DNA from: Isurus oxyrinchus
Lineage: Eukaryota
Direction of reading: 5' to 3'
Length of the DNA: 64,000 nt
NCBI GenBank assembly: GCA_026770705.1
Contig: JANJGN010000018.1
Location: forward strand, 41,106,001 to 41,170,000
Both the position numbers and the translations under genes were made by a program. Shown here one piece after another: positions 12,704 to 24,909 of this stretch; within the stretch, counting starts at the first letter, position 1; every line of letters begins with the position of its first letter. The notes under the pieces are model-generated. The model did not search any database. It had not been told where the DNA came from and saw only the letters and a program-made list of their open reading frames with translations.

Positions 12704-12963
12704 CTGTGGATGCAATTAGAACAAGATGACCTCCAACACGGACGGCAAAATTAATAAACTGATATAGTTCAATCCACTAAGAAGTGATCCCATAGGTAAC
12801 TATTTAAAAAAATAAATAAAAAGTTGCAGTTGGATTTTCATCAATAAACTAATGAACTATATGAAATAAAAACAAAAAAACTGCGGATGCTGGAAATCCA
12901 AAACAAAAACAGAATTACCTGGAAAAACTCAGCAGGTCTGGCAGCATCGGTGGAGAAGAAAAG

Positions 12964-13002
12964 AGTTGACGTTTCGAGTCCTCATGACCCTTCAACAGAA
13001 CA
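12964..13002 (-). ncRNA. Minimal hammerhead motif (minus arm; sense in PTGFRN pre-mRNA)
   Basis: Reverse complement reads gtt-CUGUUGA-A-GGGUC(augag)GACUC-GAAAC-GUC-aact. Confidence 0.65.
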
Positions 13003-13040
13003 GTTCTGTTGAAGGGTCATGAGGACTCGAAACGTCAATT
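13002..13040 (+). ncRNA. Minimal hammerhead motif (plus arm of palindrome)
   Basis: agtt-CUGUUGA-A-GGGUC(augag)GACUC-GAAAC-GUC-aatt. Confidence 0.65.
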
Positions 13041-13499
13041 CTTTTCTTCTCCGCCGATGCTGCCAGACCTGCTGAGTTTTTCCAGGTAATTCTGTTTTTG
13101 TTTTGAACTATATGAAATGCCGTTATAAGAATGTTACACTTAGAATAGCATTTTATATCCTGGTCTGAATTGCCAGGCTTGTTTGCAGGTGCATGTAATA
13201 ACACTTGCACGAGGGAACTCTAAATATGCTGTCAAGAGTTCTATCAAGGTGCAGAAGCATGTCAAGCTGCTTAGAACATTTCCTGTTAGCTATTTCAAAA
13301 TTACATGGAAAAATGGGGCAACATATGCCGATTAGGCCCAACAAACCATTCCAGCCTAACAGTAAACTAACCCCCCCTCCCAACATGTTACAGTACATTC
13401 ACACCACTGCTGTAGTTTCAGTTGCATTGATGCTGCAGTTAATTCAAATGTAGCCTAAATCTGGAAATCAATGCTTGATCAGGCTTGAAGAGTGCAAAT

Positions 13500-15455
13500 A
13501 TGACAGTGCTTTGAGAGAAAGAAAAGAGAGAAAAAAAAACAGGGAATTACAGGCCAGTCAGCCTTACATCAGTTGTTGGGAATGTGCTGCAATCTATTAC
13601 TAATGAAATCTTAGCAATGCACTGAGAGAATCATAGTGTGACCACACAAAGTCAACATAGTTTAACAAAAGGGAAATGGTGTTTAACAAATGTATTAAGA
13701 TTTTTTGAGGATGTAACTAGTAGGGTAGATAAAAGACAACCGGGATTACTAGGAGAACTAGAAAACTTGGATTTTCAAAAGGCATTTTATAAAAGGTACC
13801 ACACAAAAGGTTAACAGACAAGAAAGCGGCTCATGGGGCAGAATTTCATCCTTGGTTGGGTGGGCTCGGTGGGAGTGCTGATAGACCAATTCAGGCCTGC
13901 CCAGCACGAAACTCGAGCGGCAGCACTCAGCATTGCCTGTGAGGGCAGGGGGAGGAGTGCGAGCAGGGCAAGTGTGGCCTTTGCGTATGCACGTGAGTGT
14001 GCGCTTCAAATCTCCCCGAGGCTGCTCTGTGCCTCAGGGAGATGAAGCATTTTCAAACAAAAAAAAAATAAAGAAATAATATAATGAAACATGTCACCTG
14101 AAATGACTCTGTCACATGAGCAGGGGCATGTTATTAATTAAATTTTAAAAATTTTATTTCATTTGCTTTAGGAAACCTCACCCCACCCGTTGATGAGGTT
14201 TCCTAAAAAGTGCAAAAGCCGCTTGGCCTTATCGCTGCGGGAAAAATTTAACTCAATTGATAATTCAATGGCCTTAACAAGCCTTTTAATTGCGGCGGGC
14301 TTGCTGCTGACCCTGGTGCGCGCCCACCATATGAAATATCGTGCAACTGCACATTGACGTCGGGATGCTCGCCTGACATCAACACGCATCGTTTCATGCT
14401 TGAGCAAGTCAGATGCACGCCCACCGGCCGGGCTAAAAATTTTGCCCATGGGAGTTGGGGGTAATATACTAGCATGGTTAGAAGTTTGGTTAACCGACAG
14501 GAAACAAAGAATAATGAAAAATGGAGAATTAAGTTGGCAGCCTATTGATTAGTGGAGTGCTGCAAGGATCAGTGCTGGGGCCTCGGCTATTTATAGTCTA
14601 TATTAGACTTAGCCAAAGAGATAGAGAGTAATGTATCTAAATGTGTTAGGCGGAAATGTAAGCTGTGAGGAGGACACAAAGAGGCTGTAAAGAGATATAA
14701 ACAGATTAAACAAGTGGACAACAAGATGGCAGATGGAGTATAATATAGAGAAGTGTGAGGTTAATAACTTTGATCACAAGAATGGAAGAACAGAATACTT
14801 TTTTTTTTAAAAAGGTATAAAACTTGTAAAATATTTTCAGAGGGATTTGGGTGTACCTGTACAAGTACAGGAAGTTAGCATACAAGTGCAGCAAGCAATT
14901 AGGAAGGCAAATGGCAGGCTAGCCTTTATTCAGCTACAATTGCACTGGAGTTTGCTGAGACCACACTTGGAACAATGTGTACGGTTTGGGTGTTCATAGT
15001 TAAGGAAGGATATACTTACACTGGAGGCAGTACAACAAAGATTCACCAAATTACTCTCTGGGGTAAGTGGATTGTCCCATGAATGGCCAAATAAACTGGG
15101 TCAATATTCTCTAGTGTAGAAGAATGAAAGGTGATATAATTGAAATATAAGATTATGAAGGGGCTTGACAGGATAGGTTTTTCCCTGACTGGGGAATCTA
15201 GAACATGGGGGCACAGTCTCAGGATAAAGGGATGATCATTTTGGACTGAGATGAGGAGATATTTCTTCACTCGAGTTGTGAATCTTTGGAATTCTCTACC
15301 CCCTAAATGTTGTGGATACTCCATCATTGAATATATTTAAGATGGAGATAGACAGATTTTTGGACTCTCAGGGAATCAAGGGATAAGAGGAATGGCAGGA
15401 AAATAGAGTTGAAACCTAAAGATCAGCCATGATCATACTGAATGGCAGAGCAGGC
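13500..15455 (+). mobile_element. Decayed CR1 RT fragment interrupted by a Harbinger-type MITE
   Basis: gggaattacaggccagtcagcctt (NYRPVSL), caaggatcagtgctggggcct (QGSVLGP), and a CR1 3' region ending gatcagccatgatcatactgaatggcagagcagg. Confidence 0.85.
13836..14447 (-). mobile_element. Harbinger-type MITE inserted in CR1
   Basis: TIRs gggcagaattt / aaattttgccc; TSD ATG (13833-13835, 14448-14450); internal blocks reversed relative to the 6017 copy. Confidence 0.87.
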
Positions 15456-15485
15456 CACAAGAAATAGGAGCAGAAGCAATCCTTA

Positions 15486-16063
15486 TGGCCAGGATTGTGC
15501 CTTCATTGGGCAGGCTCGGCAGGGGCGGGCAGGAGTGGTCAGGAAGCCAACCACTGCCCGCGATTGGGGCCCGACTGGTGATTTCACACTGGCAAGCCAA
15601 TTCAAAGTCTGCCCAGCGTGAAATGTGAGCTGCAGCGCTCCCTGAGGTACAGAGCTGCCTCAGAGAGATGAAGTGTTTAAGAATTAAAAATAAAGAATTT
15701 TAAATTGTTGAAAAACATGTCCCCTCATGAGCAGGGACATGTCATCAATCAAATGTTTTATTTTTATTTAATTTTTAATAGCTGTTGAAAACCTAATCCT
15801 GCCCGTGGATGAGGTTTCCTAAAAAAGCCACCATAAGGTTGGACGGGTAGTGAAAAATTTAATTCAATTGAGACTTTAATGGCCTTAATAGGCCTGTAAA
15901 TTTTGGTGGGGGTGCTGCTGGCTCCCACACGCAGCTGCCAACCAAAACATTGCACGAGTGCATGAAGGCGCTGACGTCGTAATGCTTACTCAACCTCATC
16001 GCATGTCATTTTTTGCATATTCGGGTCAGGCACGCGCCCATCTGACGAGCTAAAAATTCTGGC
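15486..16063 (-). mobile_element. Harbinger-type MITE
   Basis: Termini ggccaggatt / aaaattctggc flanked by tta; same internal blocks, reversed. Confidence 0.8.
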
Positions 16064-16955
16064 TTATGGTTTTTATGAGTGAGAAAAGTTCTGGAGGAGA
16101 TAGTTAGTTTTACTTTGAAGACAGTTCAGGCCTCGACAGCTGACTTGCATTATAAAGCCCTGACTTGGAGATGGATGACAAGGGCCATTTTAACTCATGG
16201 GGCTTATTTGACTATATCAGGCTAAACATTCACCTGAACACAGTACCTACACCTCTAGGCAGAAGTCTGGCAAGCACAGAAGCAGGCCCTTACTTAAGTC
16301 CTATGGCAATCTTTTCCAACAATCAGGTAATTGAGCCTGGGACAGACAGAAGTAAGAGATGCAATGGCGGTCAGGGACAGGAGCACAGTGCTATTTGGCT
16401 TCCTTGGAAGAGCCTGGAAGAATATTTACTTCCACGTCCATAAGTAAACCAAGTCTCAAAAAATAAAAAATTGCCACGTGGAATCTGGGTTTGCTGTTAT
16501 TTTGCACCAAGTGCTCCTGGCGAGACCTGGCACTGGGCATCAAGCATAATTCCCAAGGGTTGAAATAGACTCGGGGTCTCAATGATGCCATCAGAGCCCA
16601 ACTTTTCCATATTAACTGGGCTCTCACCTCTCATCTGACCTTGTAGGATGCCAATTTTTAAATCGGTGTTCAGGATACTTTTATAAATGTCTTTGCTCTG
16701 CACCATGTTAAATTACACCGAAAATAGAGCAAATCAACTTGCAAGCACCATTCTTCACAAAAATACAGCTAAATTTATATAAATAACTTAATTAGACACT
16801 ATTCCATTTCAATAATGTACAACGCAATACGTGTGCCAAAGCAGGCAGATATGTAATGGGACACAGACATTCTTTGTAAATGCTCTAACTTCATATGTAC
16901 CACTGGGTTTAATTAATTACTCCAGCACTTATATAACATTGAAGAATTAAATTAC

Positions 16956-17336
16956 CTAAAATACCAACAGTGACACCGACAGGACTGGACATTCTCTCTG
17001 CTGCCTTGTGCCACATCTCACTGGTATACTGGATCCAGACAGAGGCTGTACAGTAATAATATCCACTATCTGTTTCATCAATCTGTTGCACTCTCAGTTG
17101 GTAGTCAGTACCGCTAATCCTGCTCAACGTGACAAAACGTGTATTGTTCACAACTGCGGCATGGTTCAAGTGCACTAGAACTTTATTGTTTGGAGGATTA
17201 ATTGCTGCAGATGTGCTGAAATACCAGCTAACTGTCACCATGTCTTCAACTCCTGTTACATTGCAGATGAGATCAATGGTATCACCTTTGTTTAAAGCAA
17301 GATTCCCTCCGACTGTAGAGACCTTTAGGAGCTGGG
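16956..17336 (-). CDS. PTGFRN: PTGFRN exon 4, Ig-V domain 3
   Basis: GDTIDLICNVT...VSWYF...DSGYYYCTASVW...WHKAAE. Acceptor ttattacAG, donor G|GTAAT, 381 nt. Confidence 0.93.
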
Positions 17337-17597
17337 CTGTAATAAACAAAATATATTCTTTAGTAAGGTTTCTCCTAAGAGTATTCCAGACTTCAACAGT
17401 TACCTGAACTTGTCTATTCTGACCCAAGAATTTTGTAACAGATGATCGACTCATCCATAAGTAAATGACTTATCATGTTATTTGGCTCAGTCTCAAAGAA
17501 ACATCAAATATTCAAGCAGGAAACTGTTAGTTTACATAGAGTTAATTACATATCCTCCATGAGTAGTTCACAGTGCCTTCTCTGTTCTTACAAATCA

Positions 17598-17745
17598 GGG
17601 GATATGATGGCATAGTAGTAATGTCATTGGAGTCGTAATCCAGAGGCCCAGGCATATGCTCTGAGGATGTTGGTTCAAATCCCCCCATGGCAGCTGGTGG
17701 AATTTGAATTCAATAAATCTGGAAATAAAAGTTAGTCTCAGTAAT
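17598..17745 (+). mobile_element. tRNA-derived SINE head
   Basis: A-box-like tggcatagtagta and B-box ggttcaaatcc, followed by ggcagctggtggaatttgaattcaataaatctgga. Confidence 0.6.
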
Positions 17746-18069
17746 CTCGCCTTTTACATTCTACACCTCTTACCACACAACCCTGTAATCTATTCATTTT
17801 TTTTTTTGGCCTGATTTACTGGAGATGCTGCTTAGGTAAGACAGAAAAGGTGAACAAAGCGAGAATGAAAAACAACAAAGCTAAATCAAGTTACATTACC
17901 CACTGTTGAACAGCTTGCTGAAATTAAATATTGAATTTGAACCCTGTTTTTAATGCCTGTGCTAGCAACTCCATCTAAACCACCCTCTACCCCAGGAAGA
18001 GTCATTCAGTAATATTTGCATGAAGATTTAATTTATGAATAATGAAATGATTTGCTGAGAACAACATAC

Positions 18070-18492
18070 CTAACTGCTGTACTTTGATCATTGCAATGTC
18101 CGTATTTTTTTCTTGGATTTTTTTCCAGTTGGAGCCATCTTCTTTGGCCCATTCTGCTGCTACACAGGAGTAAACACCCTCGTCCTCAGGTCGCAAGTGG
18201 CTGATAATCAATTTGAAGATGCCGTTTCTTTCCATTCCCATTCTAACATCACCAATCTGATACCTATTTTTGTACGAATCACCGGGCTGAAAGCTGTTAT
18301 CTTCAGTGAATGACAGGATGTCCTTAGTCACACTGTCATTTACTTTTAACTGCCACGTGACAGAGACATGAGTGGGAACAGACGAATTTGTCGTTGCGAC
18401 ACACTGAAGTTCCAATGGCTTCCCTTCAGTGAAACTTGCAGGCTTCACGCTTCTGGATTTTCCAGACAATATAGTCAGTCCATCTGGGATCA
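18070..18492 (-). CDS. PTGFRN: PTGFRN exon 3, Ig-V domain 2
   Basis: VIPDGL...EGKPLELQC...THVSVTW...DEGVYSCVAAEW...WKKIQEK. Acceptor aaacAG, donor G|GTATG, 423 nt, phase 1-1. Confidence 0.95.
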
Positions 18493-19179
18493 CTGTTTGG
18501 TAAAGGAATGCATTGGGATTACTAACAAAACCAAAATGCTCAGAAGCGTAAAGGAATAGTTATAAAAGTAGAATCAGGGCCTTGATCTCTCTCAATAACA
18601 CCTTCTGTTTCCTATCCTCGATATAAGTTTGAGTTCCAATTTTATCTCAATGTATATAGGAGTATTTTTTCAATACTTGAAAAGATTAGTGGTTCAGTTT
18701 AAAATTGACTGGATATGAGTGTCAGAGTAAAGGGCAGTGGAATTGTTTTATTATTTGATAGAATATATGTGTGAGGGATATAACAGGTAACATTGTGCAC
18801 TTTGAGGCAATATTCCCTTTGTGATAATTCAAGTACAGTCAAGTTTTCATCTAGTTTCTGGCAGGACATTCCATGTCCATCAACTTAAATGCATGTATAA
18901 AAAAATCCTAGCCACGTGTTGCCTTTTTGGCAACATTTAAAATTTGTCTTCTCATTACCAATTCACTGGCAAGTGGAAACTGACTTTCCCCATTTAACTC
19001 AACACCTGCACCCCGCCCATAATTTTCTCTGAAAAGATTCCTCTTTGACCTAAAATACCTGTTTCTCTAGTCGCTCTTTTGTAGCTAAAATTTGTGACAC
19101 CTGGCATCATCTTATCCTCTCTGCAATCTCTCTGCACCTTCTCTGGCCAGGCCCTCTTCCCTAAAGTAAGGGATTTGGG

Positions 19180-19875
19180 GGTCCTCAGGTATGCTAGCCC
19201 TTTGCCATTCATGCAAGTTCAGCGGGTAATAGGGAAGGCAAATGAATGTTGGCCTTTATTGCAAAGGGAATGGAATATAAAAATTGGGAAGTCTTGCTAA
19301 AACTATACAAGGCACTAGTTAGACCACACCAAGAATACTGTGAACAGTTTTGATCCCCTTATCTAAGGAAAGATATACTGACATTGGAGGCAGCCCAGAG
19401 AAGGTTCACTAGGTTGATTCTGGGTATGGAGGGATTTTCTTATGAGGAGAGGTTGAGTAGGAAGGCCCTGTTCTCATTGGAGTTTAGAAGAACGAGAGGC
19501 GACCTTATTGAAACATACAAGATTCTTAGGGGGCTTGACAGGCTAGATGCTGAGAGGTTGTTTCCCCTTGTGGAAGAGTCTAGGAGGACCAGGGGACATA
19601 ATCTCAAAGTAAAGGGTCGCCCACTTAAGAGAGAGATGAGGAGGAATTTCTCCTCGGAGGGTGGTGAATCTGTGGAATTCTTTCCGCAGAGGATTGTAGA
19701 GGCTTGGCCGTTAAGTATATTCAAGGCTGAGAGAGAAAGACAATTTTTAATCAGTAAGGGAATCAAGGGTTATGGTGAAAAGGCAGGAAAGTGGAGTTGA
19801 GGATTATCATCATTGAATGGTGGAGTGGACTAGATGGGCCAAACGGCCTTCATCTGCTCCTATGTCTTATGGTCT
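19180..19875 (+). mobile_element. CR1 3' fragment
   Basis: ORF 19384-19800 EAAQRRFTRLILGMEGFSYEERL..LFSLEFRR.RGDLIETYKILRG; tail tcctatgtcttatggtctta. Confidence 0.9.
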
Positions 19876-20754
19876 TAAGGTGCCCAAAACTGGCCAGAAT
19901 ATTCTAACTTGAGGCCTAACCAATGATTTGTACAAGTTTAACTCCATCCCTGTTGTAGCCTGGAATGTAGAGACTGAAACACCAAGGTTCTATGAATACT
20001 TTACAGACTTCATTGATTACACGTTTCTGAACTCACTTACAAAGAACCATTCTACACAGCTAAACTGATTATGGGAACTGGCAGCTTCCCAGGATCTAGA
20101 CAACTTTTGCAAGGATATAAGATAGATTGTTTAGAAGTCCAAAACTGACAAGCGACAACAAAGCCTAGTGTTAGTAACTGAAACATTACAGGACAGAAAT
20201 AGTTAACAATTCATCCAATTATTAACATGAACCTCCAACAATTAACACTCAGCCATGTATGTTCTGAAGGAGGCTTTCTTTTCTACCATCCTTTAAAAGG
20301 CAGAATATAAAATGGAAGTCATTATGGTTTCATCATTGCTACCCTGTTCAGAGTACATATTATTGAAGAGCAACAGTTCATTTAGTCCCGGTTACTGTTT
20401 AATCCCAAATTCTGCCATTTTGAACCATTATGTGATTCGATTCTTTGCAATATTCACTAATTGTCATTCTATTTAAATTACAGCACCCTAGCATCAAATC
20501 TTATTACATATTTGACAACCTATAATCAAGTGAACACAGTCCATTGCACCAAGACAACATACATTTTGTGCGGGGTGGGAAAGAGATATAAACTACAATG
20601 GTTCCAAATAGCTTCAAAAATAGAAAATGCAATCAGATAAAGAAAGCAACAGTGAAATAAAACAATTAGCAGAATTTAAATTAGATTAATATTTTATATT
20701 TAGCTCAGCGTGATTGGCTTTAAAACTCCAAAATGGAAGATGAAGGAGTGTCAG

Positions 20755-21070
20755 TACTGGCTCAGTGGTAGTGCATTGACCAGATTCAAAGTTGTGGATT
20801 CAAACCCAAATCCACAGCAGATAACCAGAGCTGACACTTCAGCGCAGTGACAGGGAGTCCTGCATTGTCAAGGTGCCATCTTTTAAAGAAGAGGTTAAAA
20901 TGTGATCCTGTCTGTCTTCTTAGGTAGATGCAAGAGATTGAAATGGAGCTGGGGAGTTCTCCTGAGGTTCTGGTAAACACTTATCCCTCAAACAACCACC
21001 GCCAGATTGATTCGTCATTCAACTTTTTCTGACTGGTGGCACCTTGCTCTGCGCAAATATGTTGCAGCAC
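20755..21070 (+). mobile_element. Deu-domain SINE (SacSINE1/AmnSINE-like)
   Basis: tggctcagtggta (A box), gattcaaa (B box), then gctgacacttcagcgcagtgacagggagtcctgcattgtc..ggtgccatctttt..ggggagttctcc..tatccctcaa. Confidence 0.7.
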
Positions 21071-22812
21071 CATTTTGACAACTCCCACACTATCGTCACC
21101 CAAATAATCACAGCACCTAATTAACTGCCCAGATACTCCACTTGGGGGATGGAGAAAAAAAAAGGAATATCACAGGATGGTGTAGAGAGCATCAGTGAGC
21201 AGACACAAGGTGAAAAGGGTGACCTGAGAGTGGAGAAACAAATGCCCCCTGCTGAGGAGCCAAGTGGTCCAAATCTCAGGTGCTTAATATTCATCTGAAA
21301 AAGTATATAAGGATATAAGAACTGCTGCAAATCATGAACATACTTCAGAAGATGTAAGCTGCAGAAGTTTACAAGCTCCATCAGCAACACAATAAAGGAA
21401 ATGTGTGAAGTAATACAAATCACCAGGGGCTGTGGCTGTCCAGGAGAGATCTGCAGCTAAATGACTGCCGGAGGATGACCACTTACAGCTATTGTCTCCA
21501 GAATGTAAGCACTTCATTGCTTCCATCAACTGCTAGCAAGACAGCCATATCAGGACCATAGCTCAGGTCTTATATGATCTGTTCTGAAACTGTCAATTTG
21601 GCCAATAAAGTCAATTCCCCACAATAGTGGGATACAGGGAATGAAAATGGAAGATGCTGCTATGTATCAAGATGGTGATGAGGGGGTCCCAGGAAGAAGT
21701 TCTGTCTCAAGCGGGTAAGGATTTAGGCACAAGGGGGTAAATACAGAATTAGGAAATAGATAACAGATAGGGTACGTGGGGGTGTGTAACACAGGCAAGG
21801 CAGCATGTATTCTGATATCTAGCTGCCCTAGGTTTGTAGTGGTGGCCTTCTCCAATCCTTATGGTGATGGTGCTCTCACTATAAAGGTTTGAAAAAGGAT
21901 TTTGAAGATTCTGACCCAGCACCAAAGGAAGAATGACAATATATATCCAAATGAGGATGCTGCGAGAATCTGTCCCCTGTACATAATTAAATAAACATAT
22001 TTTTTAAAGGCTCGCTTATTTTGCAAACATGCAACCTGCTCTTCTACATTTTCAACTATCCCTATTGGAATCTAACCTCAATTCACTTGTAGTAAGTGAC
22101 ACAGTGAGGAGGATGATGTACTTCTAATAGTTTTGGTCACAACCTTTTAATCCAGAGACAGGGTAAAGACTTGTGGTGCTGGTTAAGTTAATGGTTATGT
22201 TTCTTAATTCTAACTAAACTAAAACTACAAACACACCAGAAAAATAACAAACCATACTTGTATGAAATAAATTCAATACTATATAATGAGCAATTACAGA
22301 CCAGGAAAGCAAAGCAACAAGCTCCATTTCTGGGCACTGCCAATTTAACTAATCTCAGCCAAGACAAGAGTAGAGATACAATAATTAGCAACAGTACCCA
22401 AATCTCAAGAGAGGGCATGGGATGGGTGCAGTGGCAGAAATAAAGCCCCAGTGTTCCTTTTTCTGATCAATTGTCAGGAACTGTCATTGGACAGTTGTAT
22501 GTGCATGCCTGTGTACGAGACAAGTTAGGAATAAGCTCAGTTTTGATATTTCCAAAGCTGAACAACCCAACACTTATAGCCAAGATCTTCCCATTAAAAG
22601 ATAACTACTTGGGTGAGATCATATCCCAGTATCCGGCAGCAAATTTAGGGGAGGATGGAGAAAATTGGAAAAGTGAACATATTTTACCTTCGTTTGTAAA
22701 TAGTGGGAAAGTAGATACAAGTAAGATTAGCAATATGTAGTCATGTGACACACGCATCCACTTAAAATGAATTAAAGGTAATAGCAGTTAGTGTATCTTT
22801 TGCAAAGCTTAC

Positions 22813-23178
22813 CCTTCAAATTCACACTGTCTTTATAAGTTCCAAAACTATTTTCATCTGTGCTAGGTGTCTGGCATTGATATTCCCCTTCATCCTCAAA
22901 TTGGACACTCTTGAAACGTAGTTCAACAGAGCTGTCACCGAGTCTCTCCACCCAAATGTCCTTTTTCTGGATTTTATCCTTGTATTCAGCAGCTGAAAAA
23001 TCAGGTTCCAATGTGCTGACAATATTTAACCATTGGTTCCCACGGGACACAATCCAATCAAAGTTTTGTTCCGACGGCCCTTGATAATCACTGACGTTAC
23101 AGGGAATGCTGACTGGAGTTCCAACTACACGGTACAGGTTGCCTGCTGGGACTTTCACAATACGCCCTGAACTCAGTC
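22813..23178 (-). CDS. PTGFRN: PTGFRN exon 2, Ig-V domain 1
   Basis: RIVKVPAGNLYRVVGTPVSIPCNVSDYQGPSEQNFDW...DEGEYQCQTPSTD is the EWI-family N-terminal domain. Acceptor ttttcttgcAG, donor G|GTAAG, 366 nt. Confidence 0.95.
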
Positions 23179-23849
23179 CTGCAAGAAAAAAGGAAAAATA
23201 CCCAAACATGAATAACTCTCAACCGAGAGGCAGAATATTGAGCAAGATGAGAAATCCCCACATCCTTGCCAACATGAAGTCAATAAATACTTACAAACAA
23301 GCATAAACATAGCTTGCTATATTTTGCTCGGATATGGTTTCAATTGACAGAAATCCAACTGCTTTAATCTCTGGCTCACATTGTGAATGACAATATAGCT
23401 GTTAAGGAGGTAGATGAGAAGTGTATATTAAAAAGGCAATTACTGGCACAAGTAATTTCATTGATGTGATATACTTAATTTCACAAAGTATCACTTTCCA
23501 TCATGGCCAATGTTTTAAATTTTGAGCCATCTATTTCTCCATGCAAACTTCAGGAGAGAAATGGATGCATACTGCCATTATTGTCCAATACATCAGCTAA
23601 TAACCGTGTGCTTACCTGAAAATCCAGATGTGACTAATTGCATTATTGATTAGTAAAGGAGTAATAGACACTGGTTTTCTGTGTTTAACTTCAATACTCA
23701 CATGGTATACACGCATGTCCTTTGTACATCGAGGCTTACATGTGAATAATTCTATCTTTGCTTTGGTATGATTCTAAGTGCTATACTTTGAGAGTTCATG
23801 TAACAATGTCTGCTCTTGGTTAGCCTTTCCCTTTTAATCACAATATGTT

Positions 23850-24250
23850 GCACAAGTTGCTGAAAGTGCAACCTCAATGTCGCAGCGAGAGAAACTGGGC
23901 ACCTGGGAGCCGAATGAAGCAATCTCCTTAAATCAATCAGATTGAAGGATTGTGGAATTAACAGCTCAAGAACTGAGAAGGAAGACGTAAATAAGAATGG
24001 GTGAATTCAATGTCGAATGAACCACAGCGAGTGAGAGCGCCTTTTCTCCCGCTCTCTTAGGCCAAAGGAAAAGCAAAAAAGAATAATTTAAAATGTGACA
24101 TTTTAAAAAATATTCAGCAATTCCAAGTCTCATTCCTTTAGGTTTTAATTAGTTCATTTTGAATGCCAGAGAGGTCGACTGGCAGCAATTAAAACTCACA
24201 CATCATGAAAAAGAATACTGTGAATGCATAAGAGTTAACATTCTGTGGAG
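23850..24250 (+). repeat. Unclassified interspersed repeat, copy 2
   Basis: Colinear similarity to 1880-2270 (gagaaa..ggca(c/t)ctggga.c, caatcagattgaa, tgccaga.ag). Confidence 0.6.
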
Positions 24251-24909
24251 AGTTTAGTTTGCATCTGCCACGCAAATGAAGCAACTTCATACCATCGAAT
24301 GTATTTGAATGCCAAGGCAAACAGGAAAATAAATCTAACAGCAGAGAACATTTCGGACAGAAACTTTTGAATTTCTGCATTTAACTGCTCATTGCCTTCT
24401 CTTGAAGTTGTGCAATGCTGCACATAAATGATAGCAAGCACTATTAGCCTCCATGAAATTTGACAGAAATTTATGGACCAATATCTGGAACAGAGAAGAG
24501 ACAAAATGTGCAAGATTTTTGAACACTGGACAGATCACAGATGCAAACTTCAATGGAATTAACATGTAAAAGTTAAGGCCATTATCATCCATAAAATTTC
24601 ACCATTTGCTGAAAGAATTTCCAGGTTATATTATTCATAAAAATTTACAGGCAGATTTGCACTAAGTGCAGTAGCGGGCAGGTAACACAACATCTTACCT
24701 GCCAGCCACTATGGCAGGTTTTCACATCATATCATCTCAAACCCGCCTCATTATTTACGCACTCTTGGGAAACACACCGTTTCCATGGTGGGTGGACTCT
24801 CATTCGCCTGCCAGCCATCACTTTGTCACTCTATCACTCTGGACGCCAAGTTTAAAGTCCAGCTGCAAGCACAGTGCTCATTGCTTCCAGCTCACCACTG
24901 CTGCACAGA

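Larger units (their letters stand above)
12868..13103. mobile_element. Fold-back (palindromic) Penelope terminal-repeat element with TSD
   Basis: Inverted arms 12899-13001 and 13003-13105 (2 mismatches, 1-nt spacer). Flanked by the direct repeat tgaactatatgaaat at 12853-12867 and 13104-13118. Confidence 0.9.

Noticed and set aside
17598-17700. tRNA genes (also 20755 and 63470)
   Set aside because: Only A/B-box-like remnants without a cloverleaf, followed by SINE bodies.
21120-21560. Purine-rich, coding-like stretch
   Set aside because: No sustained ORF or recognisable motif; possibly old transposon debris, cannot be assigned.
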